Source: a virus. From it: DNA of 64,000 nucleotides. The notes beneath the pieces are model-generated. The model was not told where the DNA came from. It saw nothing but the letters and a program-made list of their open reading frames with translations, and searched no databases. Shown here piece by piece: positions 9,504-19,604 of the stretch. The stretch lies in the IMG/VR virus record IMGVR_UViG_2938816664_000004; one strand, written 5' to 3'. The position numbers and the translations under genes are program-made. Position 1 is the stretch's first letter. The number at the start of each line of letters is the position of its first letter.

Positions 9504-9884
9504 TTACCACTCAACGATGCCGTTTAGTGGGGTTTTTGGTTTAGAAGATTTCTCTTCTTTTGGTTCTAAATTCGTGTCTTGCTTTGCTTGTGGTTTTTTC
9601 GCAATGTCTGAGTGATCAGTGTATTCATTTGCATAAAACTTATTGATTACACGCTTCTTCATTGCGTCAGCCACCTTGTTGATCTCTGCTTCTATCCTCG
9701 CTTTCTCTGCGGCTTTTCTGATAGTTAGCAAAATATCTTCGCGCGATGAGTCTTTGAATTGTTCACGCTGTATTTCGGTATTAATTCGGCGAGCATGTTC
9801 AGCAACCTTGTTCCAGTTTATGCCCTGCATTGCTTCCTTCGTAGCTCTCGCCATCCCCTCTAAACTAGAAAAATCTTTGCTCAT
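9504..9884 (-). CDS. Hypothetical protein
   Basis: 126-aa ORF downstream of a double palindromic box; GAGG SD. Confidence 0.6.
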   Translation of the reverse strand: MSKDFSSLEGMARATKEAMQGINWNKVAEHARRINTEIQREQFKDSSREDILLTIRKAAEKARIEAEINKVADAMKKRVINKFYANEYTDHSDIAKKPQAKQDTNLEPKEEKSSKPKTPLNGIVEW

Positions 9885-9957
9885 GTGAACCTCGAAAGAT
9901 CATAAGCGCTTACTCATGCAATTATAGTAAGCGCTTACTAATAATTAAATGCAAAAT

Positions 9958-10560
9958 TTAAATTTTTTCTGCACGAGTAGCTAAAAATGCATTCCGCATC
10001 ATGCCAGCAGAAAATCTAAATTCATCGGTATTAATGCCAGCCTTGATCGCAAATGTCGCGTCAGCCAAATGCTCATTACTTTCTTTCAATACCATTTCCC
10101 CATTTCGCTTGTGCATTAGCCACTTGGCTTCTGGATGTTCTGTAAAGGCAGCTTCAATCATTTCGTGCTTGGTGGCTGTTTTAATGCCCGTACCGGCGAG
10201 TTTTACTTCAAACGGGGTTAATTGAATCATCGGCACTGGACAAGCTGACAAAATACCGATGCAAATTCCATAAGAAGACATGGCTCTTGCGGTTTGTGAT
10301 CCAGTTGGTATCTCTACGAAAGCAAATGTCACCTTATGTTTGTTGATCATATGCATCATGCCGTCATGCAGGATTTTGGCACGTCTTAGATCATCCGAGT
10401 TCTTACGTACAGTCTTTTTGGTTTCCTTGCTGCTTTCGGTTTGGGCCAACATCATGTCCTTAATTTCGAAAGGATAGTCATCGTTTGAAATGTCGATTTC
10501 AGCAACGACTAATCCGAAGTTTCTTAAAGATGGATCGATTCCGATGGCTTTAATTTTCAT
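9958..10560 (-). CDS. RuvC-like Holliday junction resolvase
   Basis: IGIDPSLRNFG, VEIP, ATKHEM, EHLADA motifs; ATG at 10560 after GGGAG. Confidence 0.8.
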   Translation of the reverse strand: MKIKAIGIDPSLRNFGLVVAEIDISNDDYPFEIKDMMLAQTESSKETKKTVRKNSDDLRRAKILHDGMMHMINKHKVTFAFVEIPTGSQTARAMSSYGICIGILSACPVPMIQLTPFEVKLAGTGIKTATKHEMIEAAFTEHPEAKWLMHKRNGEMVLKESNEHLADATFAIKAGINTDEFRFSAGMMRNAFLATRAEKI

Positions 10561-10691
10561 ACAAACTCCCAAGTCTGATATGTTCCGACGTTTTCGAATA
10601 AATTAATTAAATAAATAATTAAAATATTCTCGGTTAAAGATATTTATATATTCGTTAGTGACGGAATTACCCATGTCACCCAAGTTGCGGC

Positions 10692-11528
10692 TTACCATGA
10701 TTCAATACCACGGTTTGCATACGCTCTTTTAAATTCCTCTCTGCGTTTTATCTCGGCGTATTTGTCCATGATCAGGTTAATTGACACGATGGCATTGACG
10801 AGATCATTGGAGTCCGTATCAATCTTCCGCAGAATTAGTTCCTGGTAATCTTCCGAATCTAGGATGTAATCATCTTCGGTTTCTCGATAGGAAAAGAACC
10901 GGACTAGGAATTCCAAGACTGCACGCTGAACGTTGGCTGAATTATTTGATTGTGTTTGCGGTAGCGGGTCTAAAAAATGATGGGTAATGTTCCTATCCGT
11001 TAAATCGAGTTGCACGGTAGCTGTTGGCGCATATACATTTGGTTCAGCTAAAAATCTGATGATTAACGCATTGTTGTCGGCATTGACCCGTAAATCCCAC
11101 AACAGCATATTTTCCCCGCCTATTGCCGTCATGGGCACATGATCTTTGAAATAAGCGCTGTGCGAATTAAGGACGCGCTCACCGTCAAAGATCATCGGTC
11201 GAGGAACTGAAAAAATCAGGTTATATGGATCCGTCTCTGCTGATAGGGCATCAGAAATGTAATGCATGAAATTACTGTGTCTGTTGCCCGTAGAGTCGAT
11301 TTCGCGTGTAATTTTTACCTTGTCATAAATCTCTTTGATGTAATGTTCGGCTTGTTCAGCAAACTCGTTGAGGACGACAAAAATCTCGCCTTCCATTTCC
11401 TCCTTCAGCAAAGCGTCTTGTCTGATTTCTTCTTCGATGGAATCTTCCAGCATTTGCAAATCTTCATCTGAAAATTCACTCTCAAGCATTTGCTCGAATG
11501 CATCTAATTGCTCATCTTTTTGCGTCAT
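10692..11528 (-). CDS. Hypothetical acidic protein ending in ...YANRGIESW
   Basis: 278-aa ORF with AGAGG SD. Confidence 0.65.
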   Translation of the reverse strand: MTQKDEQLDAFEQMLESEFSDEDLQMLEDSIEEEIRQDALLKEEMEGEIFVVLNEFAEQAEHYIKEIYDKVKITREIDSTGNRHSNFMHYISDALSAETDPYNLIFSVPRPMIFDGERVLNSHSAYFKDHVPMTAIGGENMLLWDLRVNADNNALIIRFLAEPNVYAPTATVQLDLTDRNITHHFLDPLPQTQSNNSANVQRAVLEFLVRFFSYRETEDDYILDSEDYQELILRKIDTDSNDLVNAIVSINLIMDKYAEIKRREEFKRAYANRGIESW

Positions 11529-11620
11529 GTTGCGCCTCTTGAATTAAATGACTCAAATGTACGTTTGACTATGAAAAGGCGCTAAAAACTACGTATTTGT
11601 AGCTTCTAGCGCTTTATGCC

Positions 11621-13561
11621 TTATGCTGCCTTGAGGTTGTCTCCTGAAACCGTTGAAGTACCTTCTTTCTTGGTCACTTCGATGACCAAATCTACCCAGT
11701 CCTTTAACCCGCTCTGATGAGAAATGATCAGCACTGTTCCGCGCTCACGAGCCTTTCTGTCCAGCACGACCATAAGTCGTTCTAATCCACTTTCATCGAG
11801 CGCATAATCAATTTCATCGGCAATCCATAGATTGATTGGCTTGGTTGCACGGCTCATCACTAAATCTTGAAGGGCAAGAGCTGTAGCCAGACGAACCTTA
11901 CGTTTTTCTCCGCCTGATAATTTCTTGAATGAAGAACCGCCTGAATCATTTGCAACCGTGATGCTGAATTTCTCCTTCAGCTCACCTTTGGCCGTAGCAG
12001 ATAGCGTTGACCAAGTTGCATGAATGTTGCCGTCAGACAATGCGCCCAAGTATTCGGATGTGCGGCTATTCAGGAATGGAGTGACGGTATCGAGAATGTG
12101 AGCGCGTACACCAGCAGGACCGAAAATATTCACCGCCATATTTGCAAGCTCAACTTTCTCAAGTGCTGAATCTGCGGCTTTCTGCTTGTCTTCTCTGGCT
12201 TTAAGGTATTTAACCTTTTTGTCATTCAAGTCTTTTAACTGAGCGACAAATGGACTGACTTCATTAAGCTTCTCGCGAGATTCCGCCTTGATGCGCGCCA
12301 CAGCCTCTTCTGCGATTTTCTTGCGTTCTTCCGCTAATGACTGGGCTTGTGCATCCTGTTTTAGTTTTTCCAGTTTCGCTTGAAGAGTCGGTAACTGCTT
12401 TAACTGATCCTCAAGCTCTGAAATCTCAGCCTCAAGATTTTTCCTTTGTTCATCAATCTCCCTAGCTTTCAGGATGATTTCATTGTTTTGTTTAATTTTG
12501 CTTTTAACCAGTGTTTCGCGGGCCTGAATGGCGTCATGCAAATCTTCTGCACAATATTGCTTGCCACATTCATTGCACGGCGTTCCCACTAGTGATTGAG
12601 AGTTAGCAATTTCAGCTTTTAACTTTTCGATGTTCTGTTTTTCGACTTTGGCCAAATGGACGCGTGCATTGAAGTCCACGTAAATTTTGCGAAGCTCAAG
12701 GCTTTTGGCTGTGTGCTGTTTCTGGATTTCCTTTAACTGTTCAATTTGCTCGTTGATTTGTTCAATTTCTTTGGCAGGGGATTCTAGGTCGAGCTGAGCC
12801 TCACATTCACGAATGGTCGCAAGATGCGGTAAGCAAAGTTTAAGATGCTCTTTGGCTCGGTCTTTTTTGGTAATTTCAAAATCTAAAGACTGTTTCTCGA
12901 CCGTAAGCAGAGATGCCTCAACATTGGCAATGTGAGCGTCAATCAAACTAACCTTATGCAGCGCTTCGCTATGCTCAAGCTTGGCTTCGTTCAAGTTTTT
13001 TCGAGCAATGGCATGAGCTGCTTCTAGCACTTCAATCCCAGCAGCTTCCTCGATTAACATTTTTAAGGTCTTATCTGTCATCGATGGAAGGTCAGGCATT
13101 CGTTCTTGCCCTGCATAGACGGCTGATGTGAATACGTCTGCTGAGCATCCGACAATGGCATTCACGAGAAGCTGAGTTTCCTTGTCGGTCCCTTTGGTCA
13201 GGTTGGTTTCAACGCCAGCTTTATCAACGCTTGAGACAATTAATGCATTCTTGAATTTTTTGCTTTTGCGATAACGAGTAATGTTGTAAAGCTTGCCATC
13301 ATCTTCGATCTGTAAAGATACACAGCAGTCTTTTTTGGCTGTTTCATTTACAACGTCATCCCCTGTAACATCACGCGCCGTCGTACCGTATAACGCCCAG
13401 CAGATACCGTCGACCAGTGATGATTTACCAGCGCCATTTGAATTTGCTGATGTATCGTCATCATTCTTGCCTGTAATTAACAATAAACCGCGATCATCAA
13501 GCTCCAAACAAGCTTCTGAAAGGGTTAAGAAATTCTGGAAAGTGGCTTTTAGAATTTTCAT
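11621..13561 (-). CDS. SbcC/Rad50-like SMC ATPase
   Basis: NGAGKSS Walker A, coiled coil with CNEC zinc hook, LSGGE signature, IADEID Walker B. Confidence 0.9.
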   Translation of the reverse strand: MKILKATFQNFLTLSEACLELDDRGLLLITGKNDDDTSANSNGAGKSSLVDGICWALYGTTARDVTGDDVVNETAKKDCCVSLQIEDDGKLYNITRYRKSKKFKNALIVSSVDKAGVETNLTKGTDKETQLLVNAIVGCSADVFTSAVYAGQERMPDLPSMTDKTLKMLIEEAAGIEVLEAAHAIARKNLNEAKLEHSEALHKVSLIDAHIANVEASLLTVEKQSLDFEITKKDRAKEHLKLCLPHLATIRECEAQLDLESPAKEIEQINEQIEQLKEIQKQHTAKSLELRKIYVDFNARVHLAKVEKQNIEKLKAEIANSQSLVGTPCNECGKQYCAEDLHDAIQARETLVKSKIKQNNEIILKAREIDEQRKNLEAEISELEDQLKQLPTLQAKLEKLKQDAQAQSLAEERKKIAEEAVARIKAESREKLNEVSPFVAQLKDLNDKKVKYLKAREDKQKAADSALEKVELANMAVNIFGPAGVRAHILDTVTPFLNSRTSEYLGALSDGNIHATWSTLSATAKGELKEKFSITVANDSGGSSFKKLSGGEKRKVRLATALALQDLVMSRATKPINLWIADEIDYALDESGLERLMVVLDRKARERGTVLIISHQSGLKDWVDLVIEVTKKEGTSTVSGDNLKAA

Positions 13562-14676
13562 TATTCAACGACCTCCATGCGTGCCTTTTCTAAGATTGAG
13601 AGACATAATTTGGAAAGGTCGTCTGCCTTGCTCCCAATACCCATTTTGTTCACGAAATCATTGATGGACACTTCGAGAGAAGCACCTGCCTTGATCGAAC
13701 TCACTTCCTCGCGTTCAACTTCTACGATTTTCTTTTGGGACAGAATCACAACGCCTTTTGCATTGTTATCCATGAGAAATTGACGGATTGTTTCAATGTC
13801 AGATTGCTTTGCGCTTGAATTGACCGTACAGCGAACGTAGTTACCAGAAGCCTTGAGTGCCATATCGACTTCGCTCATGCTTCCATCAATCTCGACAAAT
13901 TGCGGAGCATGAGAGCATCGCCAAGTAACCTTTGAATCGTTCACCAGTAGAAAACCGGCATCGGAATTAACATCCGACCAACTGTTGTGCGTAAGCGCCC
14001 CAACTGAGTAAACGCCGTTGCCAAAATCTTTGTGATGATGGTAGTGACCTGCAAATACTCGTTTAAAGCCTTGTGAACCTAACCATGTGGCACTTAAACC
14101 ATGCGACGGAATGCCAGCAATTACACCATCTACAGGTGCGTGAATCATTAAGGTCCAATCGCTTACGGTTTCAATTGTTCGTAATGGTGAACGAGAAGGC
14201 ATAGAGTTGATTTGAAGTTTTACTCTTTCAATTTCACTTTTTAGTTCGTTGACATCTTGGAACCACGGAATCATGGCAACGCGTTCATCTAAAAACAAAG
14301 ACGTCTCGTTGATAATTTCGCAGCCAATGCCTTCTAAAGCTGTAACAGCCGAACCATTACGGTTGGCTTCGCGAAACTCTAAATCGTGGTTGCCTGCAAG
14401 AATGCGAACTTTGATTCCCAGCAGTTGTTGAATTACCTTGTAAGTGGCAATAGTGGGATTTAATACTGAAGGACTAATTGAACCGCGCACATGGAATAAA
14501 TCTCCAGTGTGATACAGGTGCGTTCCACCCATTGCCTTGACTTCTTCTGCCGCTCGCATCGTTTCATTCAGAATGATTTGAAGGCGACTGTTTACATTTT
14601 CTGGTGTTGTTTCGCTAAATGCGGACCAGTTGTGGTTATGTGTGTCGGATATGACAGCGTATGGAAAATTGCTCAT
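13561..14676 (-). CDS. SbcD/Mre11-like metallophosphoesterase nuclease
   Basis: SDTH, GDLFH, GNHD, GHYH motifs; coupled to the SbcC-like gene. Confidence 0.9.
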   Translation of the reverse strand: MSNFPYAVISDTHNHNWSAFSETTPENVNSRLQIILNETMRAAEEVKAMGGTHLYHTGDLFHVRGSISPSVLNPTIATYKVIQQLLGIKVRILAGNHDLEFREANRNGSAVTALEGIGCEIINETSLFLDERVAMIPWFQDVNELKSEIERVKLQINSMPSRSPLRTIETVSDWTLMIHAPVDGVIAGIPSHGLSATWLGSQGFKRVFAGHYHHHKDFGNGVYSVGALTHNSWSDVNSDAGFLLVNDSKVTWRCSHAPQFVEIDGSMSEVDMALKASGNYVRCTVNSSAKQSDIETIRQFLMDNNAKGVVILSQKKIVEVEREEVSSIKAGASLEVSINDFVNKMGIGSKADDLSKLCLSILEKARMEVVE

Positions 14677-14709
14677 AAGATACCTTTAATAATAAGCGCT
14701 TATTAATAA

Positions 14710-14931
14710 TTACGGACGAACCCCACGCATGATTTTACGAATGCCAGCCACCCAGTTTTTCTCCGCTCTCCAGCATGAAGGGGAGTGTGGTATTGGGTAT
14801 GAGTAATGTGTATTCGGATCTACTATTACGTTATGGGGACTATTACGCTTTGGTCTTAATGTCCAGCCGTATTGATCTATGAGTTCGTTCGCTAATTTAT
14901 TAATAACCTTGTTTTTAGACAATTGACGCAT
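14710..14931 (-). CDS. HicA-like small basic protein
   Basis: 73 aa; GW...H...P...PHSPS..RA.KN pattern resembling the HicA dsRBD fold. Confidence 0.5.
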   Translation of the reverse strand: MRQLSKNKVINKLANELIDQYGWTLRPKRNSPHNVIVDPNTHYSYPIPHSPSCWRAEKNWVAGIRKIMRGVRP

Positions 14932-15018
14932 AGTAGCTCCAAAGAAGTAGATACTTAAAGATACTGTACGTCAATTGTAGATAAATAAGTAAGGGCTTAC
15001 TAATAATCAATAGGATTT

Positions 15019-15405
15019 TTAGCGAATTTTGATTGATTTTGCAATATATTTTGTAGTGTGGGTTGAATTGAAAAGGAAGGCTTCAGTGCGAAGCGTCCGT
15101 TGAAATTCCCCTCTAAAGCTAGAAGGAGCGGAATGTTCACCGTACCAGTCTGCGGATCTGGCTATGTAATATAAAAACTTCTTGCCCATCCGATGTGTAA
15201 CGCCAATATATTTACAGCCTCTGCGCTTTGCTTCCATTAGAGCCATAGAGGGCATTCGCCAAGAACTGTTTTTTATATCCAGCAGTTTCGTCTTCTCACC
15301 ACGCGCCAAAAGCAAATACATCACGTATTTGCCATCGACGCTGTAAAACGTACCAATTCTTTTGCCATTCACTGTATGCGGTTGACGTTCAATGACCATT
15401 ACCAA
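15019..15405 (-). CDS. Hypothetical basic protein
   Basis: 128-aa ORF overlapping the upstream stop. Confidence 0.6.
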   Translation of the reverse strand: MVMVIERQPHTVNGKRIGTFYSVDGKYVMYLLLARGEKTKLLDIKNSSWRMPSMALMEAKRRGCKYIGVTHRMGKKFLYYIARSADWYGEHSAPSSFRGEFQRTLRTEAFLFNSTHTTKYIAKSIKIR

Positions 15406-15860
15406 GACCCCAGCACATCCCCATAGAATTTTTGTCGTTCCTGAATACGAAGCTGTTCTTGCAGTTCCTTTTCTTGAGCCAATCTACGTTCAATCTCTAC
15501 AGCCATTTTCTTTTCACGATCTTCTTGTTTCTTTTTAGCGTTATATTCATGTAATTCGAGTTTTAAGCGGTCTTTTTTGAATCGAATGTAATATCTCTTT
15601 AAGGAGTCGTAATTTGTATAGATGTACAGATCAAGACACATATGCACTTCTTTATGAAATGCATTTACAGCTTGATCTGTAGCTAAACCACATTTAATTC
15701 TATTCTTGATTGTATTATCTCGAAAACGTATTAATTCAATGATAGCGGTAGGGTGGTTTTCCTCCAGAATTTGCTCAATGGTTTTATCTTTAAAAAGAGG
15801 GTTCTCTTGGTATTTACCCGGAAGGAGTGAATTTAGTTTAAATATATTTTTGGAACTCAT
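15399..15860 (-). CDS. Hypothetical protein with C-terminal YGDVLGSW tail
   Basis: 153-aa ORF, ATGA coupling. Confidence 0.65.
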   Translation of the reverse strand: MSSKNIFKLNSLLPGKYQENPLFKDKTIEQILEENHPTAIIELIRFRDNTIKNRIKCGLATDQAVNAFHKEVHMCLDLYIYTNYDSLKRYYIRFKKDRLKLELHEYNAKKKQEDREKKMAVEIERRLAQEKELQEQLRIQERQKFYGDVLGSW

Positions 15861-16216
15861 TCAATTTTCCTCAAATAAATAACAGTCGCTTTTTTACGTG
15901 GTGAGTTGAGGACTTGCGGTCCATACATCTTTTGCATGGTCTTGTATAAACGCTCTGCGCTGCGTCCGTCGTCTTGCCCTAACTCGTTATGATTGTTGTG
16001 TGCGTGGAGTAGCATCAGCTCTCCAATTTGACCGACAATCACATCCTCTACACATGCTTTGCTGAATATCAGTTTATCTTTTGATGATTGGATATAAACT
16101 TCATCGCCTTTGGCCAACCGTTTGGACCATGAAGTACCCAATCTGAAGGTGTTATAAAGTTCGTTATCTAATCCCACAAAAGGTGGTGCGAAATCTAATG
16201 CATATTCATGTTTCAT
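15857..16216 (-). CDS. Hypothetical protein, possibly ASCH/PUA-like
   Basis: NTFRLG..W....GDEVYI pattern. Confidence 0.5.
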   Translation of the reverse strand: MKHEYALDFAPPFVGLDNELYNTFRLGTSWSKRLAKGDEVYIQSSKDKLIFSKACVEDVIVGQIGELMLLHAHNNHNELGQDDGRSAERLYKTMQKMYGPQVLNSPRKKATVIYLRKIE

Positions 16217-16303
16217 GATGGCTAACTGCCTCTATACTTATAGGTTGAACCAAAAGTATAGAGGCGTATTTGTTAGCTGTTAATCAGTTAATTGCGGCAA
16301 TTA

Positions 16304-18508
16304 CTAACACGCATCGTCACTGTACAAAGCTTCCATTTCATCTTCATTGCTCATCAACGGTGTGACCTCAATGTCATCAGCGCTTGGTGAAATCTTAGGG
16401 ATTAATGCGCGGAGCTGCTGCAATCCGGTTGGATCTGCTTTCAGTTTGTCGCAAAGCGATTTCAGGTGATATTTCTTACCGTCAGTCCATTCAATGTAAG
16501 CGCCCGACTGTTTCAAAATGCCTTTAGCTTTTAAGAACTCAACTAAGTTGTAGTGGCGGTCAAAGAACGCTACGCCATTCTTGTCAAACCACATACGCAT
16601 AGTGGTTTCTTGGAACGGTTTTGTGAGTTTGGTTTTCACAATTTTAGTTGCAATATCCTGCCCCACAAACTGCTTTTTACCGTTGACCGTTTCCATTAAC
16701 TTGGTACGGCCAAGAGCAATTCGTACTGATGCGTAATATTCAAAAGAAGAACCGCCTGGTGTGCAGTTATGCACCAAGAAACCGTTGTGCGTATTGCCTG
16801 CCAAGAAGTTGTGATTATCCTCAACGGTAATGTCATACATTACCGAGCCTTTATTTTTACTTCCCAAGCGCATTTCTGTCACTTCTGCATAATGCACAAC
16901 TGATTCATCAACAGGAGCGTCTAATTCGAGCGCTACATAGCGTCCGCGATACTCAATCGGTAACTTGTACTGCATACAGTCTGGCACGTACTGAGCGATC
17001 AATTCAGCGATCTTGGCAGTACCTTTTACATCAAAGTCAATACGACCCTGACCGTAACGAATATCATAAGTTAAGCCAAATGATTGATACAGCGATTGAC
17101 CGATTGCGTCTAATTCATCCTCACAGCCACGCAGTCGCTTAAAGGACAGGTTCAGTGTCTTGCTGCTCTCCTTGTAATTACCATCGTCCATCACTGCAAT
17201 GGCTAATTGCATAGGTGTCCAGCCATCTTTGAACAGTGTGTGAGGACAGCGGCACAAGTCGTAAAACTTCATCAACTCATGGGTGTAACAGGACTCGTAG
17301 CGATGCCCTTTATTGCCCTTGCTAATAGTGATTTCGCGCTTGACGAAGTTTAGGTGGCGTGACAGCAGATCAACCTTCCACTGTGCGTATTCAGGGTTTT
17401 CATTGTCCTGAATGATCAGTGCGGCTGTCTGACGTTGCGACGACACGCGCGCCATGTGACTGTCAAAACCGATCAACCCCTTTAAGAACTCAAGCGCTGT
17501 TCCTGCAAAGGTGCGTTTGGTGCGAGTAATCACATAGTCGCCTACACGAACGTCGCTAAAATTAATCCAACCTTTGTCTTTCACTTGGACTTTGTGATCA
17601 TTTGTGCCCGATACCGCAACCATGCCATTGCGCGTTTCAGGACATACAGCGCGGATGTGATACCACTCTTTGTCAGTTCCTTTGATTGAGCCATTGTTGT
17701 GCCAACCGATGATGCGTTTTGGCTCAAGCTGACCCGATACTTCATTCCAAGACCATACTTCCTTGCTGATTTTGCCATCAACAATTTGCTTCATGGTTGC
17801 GGACGTACCATCGACGAATGGCACCTGAACTTCCGCTCTCAGACAGGTTGGATCACCGAACATCACTCCAATTTTCGTACGCTGTTGGTTCAAATATAAG
17901 AACGTTGCATTGTACTTTTCAGCCGTCTGAGCAATTACTTTCAATGACGTACTGGAAGCACGAGCCAGAGCGGTGTTATCGCTCATATTGAATGTGTCGA
18001 TTTCACGCTTTTTGCCCTTATTGTCATAGTAAACAGATTGAGGAATTGCCGATGCAACCGAGTCAAACACGCAAATGATTGGCGCATCGTCTGGAATTGT
18101 TGCTGAATTGCGGATCAACTCAACTGCACGCATTGCTAAAACATTGCCTTCTTCCCAAGTTTCAGGCTTTTTATAAATCCAGAATGGACGCTCCGTCTTT
18201 AAGCCTAGATTCTTCGCAAGGTTAATATCAAAGGAACGTTCCCAGTCAAAGAACATGGCAATACCGCCAGCTTCTTGGGCGCGAATCATTAAGTCAGTCG
18301 CCTCTGCGGTTTTACCTGATGACGGTGGACCATACATTTCAACAATGCGACCATAAGGAATACCGCCGTCATAGCGTCCAGAAATCGCAAAGTTTAACTC
18401 TGGATCGCCAGTATCAAGCCAGTTAGTCACTGTTTGCGTTTCTTCGTTGTCGCCAATTAATTTTTCTAAGTCGTCAGCTAATGCAGATAAATTTGGTTCC
18501 ATAATCAT
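16304..18508 (-). CDS. recA: RecA/UvsX-like recombinase precursor containing an intein
   Basis: GRIVEMYGPPSSGKT, VFDSVA, NQQRTKIGVMFGDPT|CTPGG, YYASVRI. Confidence 0.9.
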   Translation of the reverse strand: MIMEPNLSALADDLEKLIGDNEETQTVTNWLDTGDPELNFAISGRYDGGIPYGRIVEMYGPPSSGKTAEATDLMIRAQEAGGIAMFFDWERSFDINLAKNLGLKTERPFWIYKKPETWEEGNVLAMRAVELIRNSATIPDDAPIICVFDSVASAIPQSVYYDNKGKKREIDTFNMSDNTALARASSTSLKVIAQTAEKYNATFLYLNQQRTKIGVMFGDPTCLRAEVQVPFVDGTSATMKQIVDGKISKEVWSWNEVSGQLEPKRIIGWHNNGSIKGTDKEWYHIRAVCPETRNGMVAVSGTNDHKVQVKDKGWINFSDVRVGDYVITRTKRTFAGTALEFLKGLIGFDSHMARVSSQRQTAALIIQDNENPEYAQWKVDLLSRHLNFVKREITISKGNKGHRYESCYTHELMKFYDLCRCPHTLFKDGWTPMQLAIAVMDDGNYKESSKTLNLSFKRLRGCEDELDAIGQSLYQSFGLTYDIRYGQGRIDFDVKGTAKIAELIAQYVPDCMQYKLPIEYRGRYVALELDAPVDESVVHYAEVTEMRLGSKNKGSVMYDITVEDNHNFLAGNTHNGFLVHNCTPGGSSFEYYASVRIALGRTKLMETVNGKKQFVGQDIATKIVKTKLTKPFQETTMRMWFDKNGVAFFDRHYNLVEFLKAKGILKQSGAYIEWTDGKKYHLKSLCDKLKADPTGLQQLRALIPKISPSADDIEVTPLMSNEDEMEALYSDDAC
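16766..17845 (-). mobile_element. 360-aa intein with LAGLIDADG-type homing endonuclease in RecA
   Basis: Starts CLRAEV, block B TNDH, LKGLIGFDS and LAIAVMDDG motifs, ends MYDITVEDNHNF...LVHN followed by Cys+1. Confidence 0.9.
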
Positions 18509-19542
18509 TGTCCGTTATAAAAAGGTTTCATGAAATTCGGTACGTTTTTGAGAATCGAGCCAAAAGCTAACTCGCCGCATAACTCGGTAAAGTCATCCGG
18601 ATTGATTTCGCCTTGGATGATTTCGAGGTGTTCTTTTTGAAGAGGGGCAGGACGTAGCAATTGCATAAGTTCTAGGTTTCTCAAGAACAGTCTGCGCCCT
18701 TGACCTACATATGCATCCATGTGTGCTTTCAGCGCTTTATTTCGCGCCTTTTCGTTTTGCTCATCCGTTAGTGAGCTGTCTTCCACATAGATGAATTGGC
18801 TTTCCCATTCCTCTTTTGTGTATGGGGAATTGCCTGCATAAAGTGATCGCAAAGCTTTTGAAGGTGGCTTTAATCCAGCGTCGCATAGTTTCCAGAACTC
18901 ATTTACTGAACCGTATTCAGCAAGAATCTTGATTGCGGTCGCTTCACCAATTCCCCCAACACCGCTGATGCAGTCCGAAGAATCGCCTTGTAATGCTTTG
19001 CCTTGAAGAAATGCCACAGGTGATTTGAAGCCTGTTTTCTCATAAAAATTAGCCCAATGAATGAAACGGCTTTCATCACGAGGGTCACGCCACGAAACGT
19101 TTGGCTTAACTAGCTGTAACCAGTCACGGTCACCGGTAATCAATAAAATACGATTGTTGGGATCGCTTGCGAAACGTTGTACAAGAATGCCAGCAAGATC
19201 ATCTGCTTCATGTATCGCGCTAGTCATTTGCTTAATGCCCAACGCTTTTAAAGCACGTTTAATAAAAGGGCACTGCGCTTTGTAAGCGTCATGCTCTTGT
19301 TGCATTCTTGGATCAGATTTGCGATTGCTCTTGTATGAAGGTTCACGCTCAAAACGCCATTCAGCACGACCGTCCCATAAAACAACCATGCCTGCATGCG
19401 GATAGCGTTGTCTTAACTCGCGCATTGTCTTGATAAAGCTAAACACCGCCTGAGTCTGCATTGAGCCTGAATAGAGCTTGATAGCGTGCTGCGCTGCGTA
19501 ACCGATTGAATTGGCGTCAACGAGAATAATTAGATTTTCCAC
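18505..19542 (-). CDS. 5'-3' exonuclease / RNase H (FEN, Pol I N-terminal-like)
   Basis: LVDANS, YKSNR, EADD, TGDRD, GDSSDCISGVGGIG; GTG start at 19542 after GGGGAG. Confidence 0.88.
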   Translation of the reverse strand: MENLIILVDANSIGYAAQHAIKLYSGSMQTQAVFSFIKTMRELRQRYPHAGMVVLWDGRAEWRFEREPSYKSNRKSDPRMQQEHDAYKAQCPFIKRALKALGIKQMTSAIHEADDLAGILVQRFASDPNNRILLITGDRDWLQLVKPNVSWRDPRDESRFIHWANFYEKTGFKSPVAFLQGKALQGDSSDCISGVGGIGEATAIKILAEYGSVNEFWKLCDAGLKPPSKALRSLYAGNSPYTKEEWESQFIYVEDSSLTDEQNEKARNKALKAHMDAYVGQGRRLFLRNLELMQLLRPAPLQKEHLEIIQGEINPDDFTELCGELAFGSILKNVPNFMKPFYNGQ

Positions 19543-19555
19543 GTTAATCTCCCCA

Positions 19556-19587
19556 AAAAGAAAGCCGCAGCTATAGCGGCTTTCTTT
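19556..19587 (-). terminator. Rho-independent terminator-like hairpin
   Basis: GAAAGCCGC-loop-GCGGCTTTC followed by a T run on the minus strand. Confidence 0.6.
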
Positions 19588-19604
19588 CAAGTCATTGATT
19601 AGGA

